Shown here piece by piece: positions 8,153 to 15,384 of a DNA stretch of 15,384 nt. A model generated the notes under the pieces. The model had not been told where the DNA came from. It searched no databases and saw only the letters and a program-made list of their open reading frames with translations. A program made the position numbers and the translations under genes. The stretch is from UHGV virus genome UHGV-1769846; one strand, written 5' to 3'. Source of the DNA: a virus. The first letter of the stretch is position 1. Each line of letters begins with the position of its first letter.

Positions 8153-8608
8153 CTATCTCCCGTGATTCAGGAAGTCGATTAGTTCTTCGCGTGTGGCGCT
8201 GTAAAACGTCACGTCATCCACGCCTTTGAAGTATTTCTTGATGGTTCCTACACGCTTAAGGCCAACCATTGCGCAGTACATCTGACCGTGGCGGAATTTG
8301 CGTGCAGCGAACGATGTGACGCACTGAACGGTGGTGTTAGTCAGAATGTATCGCCAGAACGCCAGCCCGATTTCCTTGCTGAATCCACGAACCTCTGGCA
8401 GGTACATGGCGTGGCAATCGAATGTCAGCGGCTGAATCTCCTGATAGTAAACAATGCCGCCGAACTGACCGTGCACGTTAACCTCAAAGTAACGGCATTC
8501 AGGTTTGTAGTCGTATCCATCACCGTTGTTGCTCCCGGCGATAATGTCAGGGTGATTTCCTACGGCTTCTATCAGGTCGATGTTTCGCGTTGGTTTGAAT
8601 GTAATCAT
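8153..8608 (-). CDS. P22 gene 14-like protein (151 aa), position-equivalent virion or ejection-assembly factor
   Basis: Lies between the tail-needle gene and the gp7 homolog, as gene 14 does in P22. ATGA overlap with the needle gene stop indicates translational coupling. Confidence 0.65.
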   Translation of the reverse strand: MITFKPTRNIDLIEAVGNHPDIIAGSNNGDGYDYKPECRYFEVNVHGQFGGIVYYQEIQPLTFDCHAMYLPEVRGFSKEIGLAFWRYILTNTTVQCVTSFAARKFRHGQMYCAMVGLKRVGTIKKYFKGVDDVTFYSATREELIDFLNHGR

Positions 8609-9309
8609 CAGTCAATCAGCCCATGTAATCTAAGTGCTGTTTCAAGCGCCAGAATACGCTGCCGCGCCTGCTCCAAACCTGTAGCGAGAGCTGCGACTTC
8701 GGATTGTGTGTACGTAGTGCCGACCGTGTATGACTGGTTAGCGTTGAATGAACCAAGAAGTGGCGTACCTGTGGCTGCAGTCCATCCGCTCTGCCTTGCT
8801 CCAACGACCTGAATTCCATCAACTGAATATGATGTTTTTACATCCAGCGGTGACGCAAGAGACTGCAATTCGGTTACGGTTTTCGATACGTAATCACTCT
8901 TAATGCCAGAGACATCGTTTTCTACGTCATCCAGTCTTTGGTCAACAGTGACCAGATGCGCCTGAATATCGATAACCTCATCCAGCAAGTAATCAACATC
9001 GCTACGCAGTACGACTATCTTCCCTTCGGCAGTTGTTAACCTGACCTCAAGTAGATTTATCGCTTTTGTGTTTGCGGTGATTCTTGCGTCGTGATCAGCC
9101 AGTTCGACATCCTGTTCATCGTTTTTTACCTGGGCATCGTAAGCGCCCTGACCAGCCTGATTTGCCTTCCCGGCAATTGCGCCGACATCAGCCCCCTGAT
9201 TAATGACATACAGCAGGTAAGACTGGCTGAATATATTGCGTGGAAGGATTGATGTATCGAGTCGTGTAGCCTGAATTGTTACCGGCTCATTGAGATTCGA
9301 ATCAGCCAT
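8608..9309 (-). CDS. Tail needle protein, P22 gp26 homolog (233 aa)
   Basis: N-terminus [77 protein letters not shown] is close to the P22 gp26 N-terminus as recalled. Same length, with a central coiled-coil-like heptad region. Confidence 0.9.
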   Translation of the reverse strand: MADSNLNEPVTIQATRLDTSILPRNIFSQSYLLYVINQGADVGAIAGKANQAGQGAYDAQVKNDEQDVELADHDARITANTKAINLLEVRLTTAEGKIVVLRSDVDYLLDEVIDIQAHLVTVDQRLDDVENDVSGIKSDYVSKTVTELQSLASPLDVKTSYSVDGIQVVGARQSGWTAATGTPLLGSFNANQSYTVGTTYTQSEVAALATGLEQARQRILALETALRLHGLID

Positions 9310-10727
9310 TACTCAATCCTTATCTGGCAACCAGACAGAGTGACAGGTGACTTCGTGATAACGCGCAATTTGAAGCCGACATTTTTCCTGATGCGCCCTA
9401 CTCGCTTCCACAAAACACGTTTGTCGTAAACGAACGGTTCATTCTGCTCAATCATCTGCTCACGCCCGTAATTGATGCCGTCAGTGGTTGCAGAGAGAAA
9501 AAGGCGGTCAGCATACTGCGCAACGCCAGTTGACGACTCAACCTCAAGGTCGAAAACTCTGGCGTTATCCGCTTTGAACAACGGAGTAAACAGCAGGTGT
9601 TCCTGTTGCCTGTCGTACTGGCTGCTGATATCGAACTGCAATTTCCCTGTCATCGATTCAAGCTTATCGCCGCACGTAATTTGGTTGCCTTCGTAAATGA
9701 AGTCGATAGCGCGGTACACATCGTCATACAGGCCTGTTTTCAGTACACACCATTGCGGACCATTGGCGCTTGAAGATGCGTCGTACACGAGGACGTGGCG
9801 CGGCAGGTGAATAATCAGCAACTCATGAGCATCAAACCGCAACGATTCCATCACGCCATCAGCCAGTTCATCAGCAGTGTAGGAGCGGAGGATTTTCTCA
9901 ATGCTCGCGCTGGCTATTGGTGATACCTGACCGGAGCCGATGATGTATACAGAAGGCGCGCCTGTTGCCGGATTGCTGATGAACGCATACGAATCAGCAA
10001 ACGGCGTTTTGCAGTAAGTCCCGGCAATACCTTTCTGCACCATCAGCGATGGCTGTGCGACATACAAAGCGGCACCAACAGTGGTTGCACCAGTCATGGA
10101 GAAATATTCAATCGTTGATGAACCAAAGCAGACAATGAAGTCTCGCCATGTTCCGATGCCGATAATGCCGTCAGGCTGCGATTCTGCGCGATATTGTGCG
10201 CTGTATCGGTCAGGGTGCGATTCGTCTTCAAGGTCAGTAATAAACCATGAATCCGTGCCGTCTTTTGACCACGCATAACGCCCACGTAAGCGTGTAATGT
10301 CGCGGACTGAACCTAACTCATACTGCGTAAATCCGCTGTCTGCAGGCCAGTTTGAGACGGTTTTAACCGTGCCATCATAGCGATACTCAACCAGTTGACC
10401 ATTAACGCCTACAGCCTGAGATGTTCGACCATGCGCCATTGATACACGACCACTTCCGGCAACATCACCGACTTCACTTTCTCCTTTGTACAGCTTGCCG
10501 CCACACACGCGATAAACAGCATTCTGCGCCATGTTGTACTCAACTCCGCGCGATACACCGTTTACATCAGAGCGTTTGGCAATGCCCGGGAATGAGCGAA
10601 GATATCCGCTGCTGTTAAGGATTTCTTTGGGTGTAGCCAACATATTCACTGGCAGATAGTCGATATAGTCGGCGTTTCTAAAGTCTTTGCCGACACCTTT
10701 CATAAGCGGAAGTTGCTGAATCGGCAT
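9309..10727 (-). CDS. Tail accessory / head completion protein, P22 gp10 homolog (472 aa)
   Basis: Same length as P22 gp10 and same position between the gp4 and gp26 homologs. GAGGTG Shine-Dalgarno upstream. Confidence 0.85.
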   Translation of the reverse strand: MPIQQLPLMKGVGKDFRNADYIDYLPVNMLATPKEILNSSGYLRSFPGIAKRSDVNGVSRGVEYNMAQNAVYRVCGGKLYKGESEVGDVAGSGRVSMAHGRTSQAVGVNGQLVEYRYDGTVKTVSNWPADSGFTQYELGSVRDITRLRGRYAWSKDGTDSWFITDLEDESHPDRYSAQYRAESQPDGIIGIGTWRDFIVCFGSSTIEYFSMTGATTVGAALYVAQPSLMVQKGIAGTYCKTPFADSYAFISNPATGAPSVYIIGSGQVSPIASASIEKILRSYTADELADGVMESLRFDAHELLIIHLPRHVLVYDASSSANGPQWCVLKTGLYDDVYRAIDFIYEGNQITCGDKLESMTGKLQFDISSQYDRQQEHLLFTPLFKADNARVFDLEVESSTGVAQYADRLFLSATTDGINYGREQMIEQNEPFVYDKRVLWKRVGRIRKNVGFKLRVITKSPVTLSGCQIRIE

Positions 10728-10736
10728 TTATTCACC

Positions 10737-11198
10737 TCACGTACTCGGATCATCTTTCTCGATGTAAAACCGATTCCACGTAAACGCGCTTTTGTTACCA
10801 TTACCGCGAGGCATGTCATTTCGCCGCTCAAGTGGTGGTATTTTGGTTAAAGCGATACAGATTGTTTGATATGCACTGTCAGCAGCGGTAAGGAGAGCGT
10901 CTGACGGCTGAATGACGTTATCCATGCACACTTGCACAGCGAGTTTCAAAGCGACGCCATCATTTGCCCATGCAGGGATGCCTGAATCATCGTCAGGTAA
11001 CGGCATGATGCCGTTTTCTGTATCAGCAAACTGATACCCAAGCTCGATACCTTTCGCCTGCCATGCTGCCATCATGTCTTCGAGGTCATTAATGGCATCT
11101 TCAATTGCCTGAGGGTCAGCATCTGTCAACGTGGCATTGGAATACAGCCCAGCTTTTCGTAAAGCCTTTAGAACGAGATCACCCTTCGTTTTCGCCAT
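10737..11198 (-). CDS. Tail accessory / head completion protein, P22 gp4 homolog (153 aa)
   Basis: Immediately upstream of the gp10 homolog; size close to P22 gp4 (about 166 aa). Confidence 0.75.
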   Translation of the reverse strand: MAKTKGDLVLKALRKAGLYSNATLTDADPQAIEDAINDLEDMMAAWQAKGIELGYQFADTENGIMPLPDDDSGIPAWANDGVALKLAVQVCMDNVIQPSDALLTAADSAYQTICIALTKIPPLERRNDMPRGNGNKSAFTWNRFYIEKDDPST

Positions 11199-11367
11199 CT
11201 TCTTCCGCCTTAGCCACTTTTTGCTTCGTTGCGGTTTCTTCAGGAGTTTTTACCCAACCTTTTTTCAGGTGAGATTTAACTTCTTCGTCATCAACAATGA
11301 TGTAATCGACAGCAAACTGACCGCAGGTGATCATGTTGCCTGGCTTATAGAGCATTGTTCGTGCCAT
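11179..11367 (-). CDS. Small hypothetical protein (62 aa) between the coat and gp4 homologs
   Basis: ATG at 11367 preceded by GGGAGAAG, directly after the coat terminator. Acidic C-terminus. Overlaps the gp4 start by 20 nt. Confidence 0.4.
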   Translation of the reverse strand: MARTMLYKPGNMITCGQFAVDYIIVDDEEVKSHLKKGWVKTPEETATKQKVAKAEEDGENEG

Positions 11368-11380
11368 TGTCTTCTCCCAA

Positions 11381-11401
11381 TAAAAATGGGGCCGAAGCCC
11401 C
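11381..11401 (-). terminator. Rho-independent (probably partial) terminator after the coat gene
   Basis: On the minus strand: GGGGC, UUCG tetraloop, GCCCC, then AUUUUUAUU. Begins 8 nt after the coat stop at 11409-11411. Confidence 0.65.
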
Positions 11402-11408
11402 ACCAAAA

Positions 11409-12662
11409 TTACTGCCCAGCAATAACGATGCCCGTATATTCAGGAACCAGTACAGAGCAACCGTACAGAGTGGTGAAACGCGCAGTGGTTACGCCTTTGA
11501 TGTGGTCGAAGGAGTAAGACATGATCAGCGTAGCGCCCTGCTCGGTGGTTGCTGTCATTACCTGTGGACCCTGACCAGTTGGGAACGCCAGTTTGCCGTA
11601 CATCAGTTCAACAGAACCATCAGCCCAGAACAGGTTAGCAGGTGCTGCGTTCTTGTTGAGAATGGTGATTGCTGCTGATTCTGCCGGTTTGGCATCGACG
11701 TTTGCATATGGACGACTCGCAACATCAGTATTTTCAACAGGGAGAATCTTTGGAGAAATTGTTACGGTAGTTCCGCTAACAGCCAGAACACGGAATACCT
11801 GCGGTTGACCGGTGGTATCTTTTGTGATCTGGTGTACGGAATTCACACCGGCAATGGTGAACGCATCACCAACCTGCAAGCCAGATGCAGATACCGTAAT
11901 AGTCCCCTGTCGGTTATCAACTGGCATACCATTTGAATCTTTCGCTTCAACCTTGTGTTCAGGTTGGCCTGATACTGTCAAGGATTCAGTGCTTCCTTTC
12001 GGTAATCGACCAGAAATATCGGTCTTGTAGCTATCAAAGGAAGCAACCGGAGGGATCTGCGCTTTTTCGTATGCTGTCAGGGTTGCGCCCTGAGCGTAGG
12101 CTCGGTGACCAAGCTCGCCAGCAAGGTCTTTGTAGTTGAAGGGGTTCCAAAAAGAGCGGCGGTTGATACCCTGTGGCACACCAATCGCCGTCATGGTGGC
12201 ATCAATACCTGCCGCACAGTTCCACAAATCACGGCCCTGTGAACCAGTGGTTGAGTCAGCCATTGTGATCACGTTAGTAGCACGCTGCGTGACCATGGAA
12301 ATCAGGTCAGAGTCAATCTGTGCAGCAAGGCGCATACCTGCGGCGCGACCAGCTTCAGTTTTATGTTCCGGATCACGCATTTCACGCGCATCCAGAGTGT
12401 ACAGAATGTTTTTCGGCTCCTTGAACACTGAAGGAACAAGGCGCTGAACCAGTGCTGTTGGCGTTTTGCTGCTGAGGTCGAGGCCTTCCTCAATATTCAT
12501 GTGGTAATGCTGCGGACGATACAGAACATCACCTGCTCGCTGCATTGCTGTATCACCGGGACGGAATTTTTTAGCGTTACGGGAAACTACGCAGGCGGCC
12601 TCAAAGCCTTCAACGTAGTTTTCGAACATGATTTCAAGGTCTTTTGCTAATTGGTTAGCCAT
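11409..12662 (-). CDS. Major capsid (coat) protein, P22 gp5 homolog (417 aa)
   Basis: Follows the scaffold gene; size close to P22 coat (430 aa). Shares short motifs with it (FWAD, YANV). TGGAG Shine-Dalgarno upstream. Confidence 0.9.
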   Translation of the reverse strand: MANQLAKDLEIMFENYVEGFEAACVVSRNAKKFRPGDTAMQRAGDVLYRPQHYHMNIEEGLDLSSKTPTALVQRLVPSVFKEPKNILYTLDAREMRDPEHKTEAGRAAGMRLAAQIDSDLISMVTQRATNVITMADSTTGSQGRDLWNCAAGIDATMTAIGVPQGINRRSFWNPFNYKDLAGELGHRAYAQGATLTAYEKAQIPPVASFDSYKTDISGRLPKGSTESLTVSGQPEHKVEAKDSNGMPVDNRQGTITVSASGLQVGDAFTIAGVNSVHQITKDTTGQPQVFRVLAVSGTTVTISPKILPVENTDVASRPYANVDAKPAESAAITILNKNAAPANLFWADGSVELMYGKLAFPTGQGPQVMTATTEQGATLIMSYSFDHIKGVTTARFTTLYGCSVLVPEYTGIVIAGQ

Positions 12663-12680
12663 GCTTAATGCTCCAATAGG

Positions 12681-13574
12681 TTATTTTTTTGCCTTTTTAG
12701 CGGCGAAATACGGCGTCCAGTCACCAGTTTCCAGCGCCTTGGCTTTCAATTTGTCGAGGTTGTTGATTACTGCGCCGTTGCTCCCCTTAACCGTCGGGGT
12801 TGTGGCTGCCGTGGTTTTTGCTTTTGGCATGATTCTGGCCTTCGATTCGATACGTTCCAGCAGACGACCAATTGCTACGGGGTTGGTAGCTTCTGCCAGT
12901 TGCTTGCGCAGTTCAGCGTTGCGACCAAGCGCCAGAACAACGATTTCCGGCTTCTCTGACTCAAACAGGATCGCGTTTTGTGTCTCGATGGGGATTTCCT
13001 CGAGTACGGCCTGCTCAGCTTCCTGATAGCCAGGAACTTTGAGAGCCTTAACACGTTGCTGATATTTGGATAATCGCTCTTGATAGGCAGCCTGAAGCTC
13101 CTGCTCCTTCTGCTTGCGAGCCATCTCCTGTTGCTGGTACTTGCCATTATCCTCTGCCCACTTAGCCATGCGTTGCTGGTAGATTTCTTCATCGAAACCG
13201 ATGTCCTCATCATCCAGTTTTGGCATTCGCGGTGGTTGAGTGATTACCGGCTGCTGCTCGACGGGTTTCTGAGACTGACGCATCAGCTCTTTCAGCTCGC
13301 GGTCTTTCTCTTTAATCGTCTTGCGCAGGTGTTTTACCAGTCCATGCTCAGCGCCATCTTCGCTGGTTGGCGAATCCAGCTTTTCGTCACCAAAGTAGAA
13401 TTCCTGTTCTGATTCGTCGTCATCAGTTTCAGTAGCCTCCTCTGCATCATTGCCTGAGGACTCACTGCCATCTTCTGTTTCGACTTTTTCAGCCAGTTCG
13501 ACATCATCAGGAATCTGCTCTGACGCGTCGGTTTCGATTTCAACTTCTGGTGTGTTTTCTGCCATCTGGTCCAT
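12681..13574 (-). CDS. Scaffolding protein, P22 gp8 homolog (297 aa)
   Basis: Between the portal and coat genes. Highly acidic N-terminus, long charged helical middle, basic C-terminal tail (FAAKKAKK) consistent with a coat-binding helix-turn-helix. Confidence 0.85.
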   Translation of the reverse strand: MDQMAENTPEVEIETDASEQIPDDVELAEKVETEDGSESSGNDAEEATETDDDESEQEFYFGDEKLDSPTSEDGAEHGLVKHLRKTIKEKDRELKELMRQSQKPVEQQPVITQPPRMPKLDDEDIGFDEEIYQQRMAKWAEDNGKYQQQEMARKQKEQELQAAYQERLSKYQQRVKALKVPGYQEAEQAVLEEIPIETQNAILFESEKPEIVVLALGRNAELRKQLAEATNPVAIGRLLERIESKARIMPKAKTTAATTPTVKGSNGAVINNLDKLKAKALETGDWTPYFAAKKAKK

Positions 13575-13664
13575 TTGTTACCCCTGTTTACTCGATGTTC
13601 AGCCCATCGGAAGGCAATAGGGTGCCAGGCCTCATAAAGACAGCCATTGCACGTTATGGGTTAA

Positions 13665-15314
13665 TTACTGCTGTGGTTGTTGCTGAGTTGATTTTTGCAG
13701 GATGCTGCTGATGTCCATGCGCTGCGCATGGCCCTGTGCCTGACTTTTCAGGACAAGCTCTGCATCAGCACGGGCATTGTCTCCTTGCTGTTGCTGGAAC
13801 TGTCCGAGCAGTTTCAGAGCCTCGCGGATATCAGATTTCTGCTGGCTATCGGCAGATGCGAGGATTTTCACAACATTTGCCGCTGCAACCTGAGCATCAG
13901 TCTGTGCCTGGAATGCTTTAACCTGAATGGCTGCCTGCTCGTTCTGCGCTTTCTGCAATTCAGCCTGACCAGCAAGAAGCTGACCTTGCGCAGCAACCAT
14001 AGCCGGATCTGGCTGACTGGCCTGTTGTTGTTTCGCCTGCTCAACCATCTGCTGTTCTTCTGGCGTTCTCGGCTTGATAACTCCAGACAGAAGCAACTGA
14101 TTGCGGTTGTATTCTTTAAGGTCGTCCATCCCTTCGCCGTCCATATTGTCGAGGATCATCGACGATACAAGGTCGTGTTTCGGCGTTCCGGGCGGGATAA
14201 GTGCCAGCATGGAAAGTAACGACTTAACCGTTGCGTCACGGCGAGTAGCGAACGACTGACCGACATCGACAGTCACTTCATAGTTACCCTGCGAAAGGTC
14301 GTTAAGCGCGATAACCTGCCCTGTCTGACGGTCAACCACTTCACCAGTCATCAGCGCCACGTCATCGCTGCCATCCTCATTAACGATGCGCATTGGCGTA
14401 TCGCTGCCATAGACTTCACGAGCCATAGAAAGCCACACGACGCCAGCACGGCGCATGGATTTAGCCATGTTGTCCATGTAGATATAGGACTGCGTGTCCA
14501 TCCGGTTAAAGATGCTATCAACGGTATCGGTAGCGACGTTGCTCGGCATGTTCTCAAGCTGCGACGCACCTGTAATTTGCTGAATAGCCGTTCCGGTGTA
14601 CTGCAATAGCCCGGCAAGAGCTGGCGGCATTTGTGTCGGAGGTGTCCAGCCAGCAACCTGAGCTTCTGAAATGACTGTTCCGTTTTTGTCCTTCTTGCTG
14701 GTCATAGGAAGAACTGCAGGTCTTTTCTTATTCCTCTCTGCCCAGTGATTCATTAATGGGCCGGGAATGAAATCAACATCCACGATAGGAATGCCATCAC
14801 CGCCAGCCTGAGTGGCGTTATCTGCAATCATGGAAACCATCAGGTTCTCAAGACGCTGTGCATCCATCGCTTTTGCTGCGTGGCCTTCGATTCGCTCCTG
14901 ATTATCAACAAATGAGCGACGCCCATATACCGGGATGAGTGGAATATGTTCGCCCGGAATACGCTTCGGTTCTTCCAGCCATTCAGCGCCAGACAGAAGG
15001 CCGCAATAAACGCGGCGTTTCTTCACCGTTCGCTCACCAATCAGTTCGAATGCGCCATCGGTTAGCTCGTCGACAATATCTTTGATTTGATCTTCATCAT
15101 AGATTGCCGTTTCTCCGCTAACAGGGTTGCGCCACGCCGTGAGCTTCACCTTCTCTATGCGGACTTCGTAGTAACGTCCAACATAGATGGCATCTGGCGT
15201 TGACCAGTCATATTGAGTGCCAGTGTCATCACGAGAAAGGCTTGCCGCGATGGAATCAGGGTATTCAGCCTCGAACGCTTTAGGCGTCATGGAGAACATT
15301 TCCATAGCCCACAT
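13665..15314 (-). CDS. Portal protein, P22 gp1 homolog (549-aa ORF; appears to lack about 175 N-terminal residues)
   Basis: Strong similarity to P22 portal as recalled (GERTVKKRRVY, PGEHIPLIPVYG, and the Gln/Ala-rich C-terminal barrel segment DPAMVAAQGQLLAGQAELQKAQNE...RMDISSILQ). The first ATG at 15314 aligns near P22 residue 176. In-frame stops lie upstream at 15339-15341 and 15375-15377. Confidence 0.8.
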   Translation of the reverse strand: MWAMEMFSMTPKAFEAEYPDSIAASLSRDDTGTQYDWSTPDAIYVGRYYEVRIEKVKLTAWRNPVSGETAIYDEDQIKDIVDELTDGAFELIGERTVKKRRVYCGLLSGAEWLEEPKRIPGEHIPLIPVYGRRSFVDNQERIEGHAAKAMDAQRLENLMVSMIADNATQAGGDGIPIVDVDFIPGPLMNHWAERNKKRPAVLPMTSKKDKNGTVISEAQVAGWTPPTQMPPALAGLLQYTGTAIQQITGASQLENMPSNVATDTVDSIFNRMDTQSYIYMDNMAKSMRRAGVVWLSMAREVYGSDTPMRIVNEDGSDDVALMTGEVVDRQTGQVIALNDLSQGNYEVTVDVGQSFATRRDATVKSLLSMLALIPPGTPKHDLVSSMILDNMDGEGMDDLKEYNRNQLLLSGVIKPRTPEEQQMVEQAKQQQASQPDPAMVAAQGQLLAGQAELQKAQNEQAAIQVKAFQAQTDAQVAAANVVKILASADSQQKSDIREALKLLGQFQQQQGDNARADAELVLKSQAQGHAQRMDISSILQKSTQQQPQQ

Positions 15315-15384
15315 AGCATCAGAGCGGTCTGAAGTGGTTTACTGAATTTGGCCACCTGAACAGAGGTGATATGCTCACCTCAGA

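Noticed and set aside
5977-8822. Assorted overlapping or antisense ORFs within the gp20, gp7, gp14 and needle homologs
   Set aside because: All are embedded in or antisense to genes supported by P22 synteny and lack start-site signals.
9472-13921. Multiple 60-130-aa ORFs opposite the gp10, gp4, coat, scaffold and portal homologs
   Set aside because: Spurious ORFs on the non-coding strand of the late operon; no RBS and no coherent protein features.
13665-14100. Gln/Ala-rich low-complexity region at the portal 3' end, which could be mistaken for a repeat or disordered artefact
   Set aside because: It corresponds to the C-terminal helical barrel known for P22-type portals, so it is an expected feature.
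15342-15384. Minus-strand frame open to the window edge and ending at TGA 15319-15321, possibly a large-terminase C-terminus
   Set aside because: Only 21 codons are visible, too short to distinguish a real gene end from chance; noted under the portal finding instead of annotated.
1-15384. CRISPR arrays, tRNA or rRNA genes, integrase or attachment sites
   Set aside because: No direct-repeat/spacer periodicity, no tRNA-like cloverleaf candidates, and no integrase-like ORF seen; this is consistent with the window lying in the late/immI part of the prophage.

Overview
This window reads as the late-right part of a P22-like (Lederbergvirus-type) prophage from an enterobacterial host, with almost all genes on the minus strand. 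From high to low coordinates I see the P22 gene order: portal (gene 1 homolog, apparently N-terminally truncated) - scaffold (8) - coat (5) - small ORF - 4 - 10 - 26 (tail needle) - 14 - 7 - 20 - 16 (ejection proteins). This is followed by an AT-richer accessory region and an immI-like module (mnt divergent from arc-ant). Positions 1-55 match my recollection of the IS2 left terminal inverted repeat, and it interrupts the tailspike gene (gene 9 homolog) after about 9 codons, so the prophage looks defective. The accessory region between gene 16 and immI holds three cargo units that P22 itself does not have in this form: a small 4-TM membrane protein, a two-gene operon ending in a YafO-family toxin-like protein with a non-canonical 188-aa upstream partner, and a ClpP-like serine peptidase translationally coupled to the Mnt-like repressor. 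These are the best candidates for an undescribed exclusion or defence function. All homology calls are from reading the translations against remembered family sequences; no database search was run.
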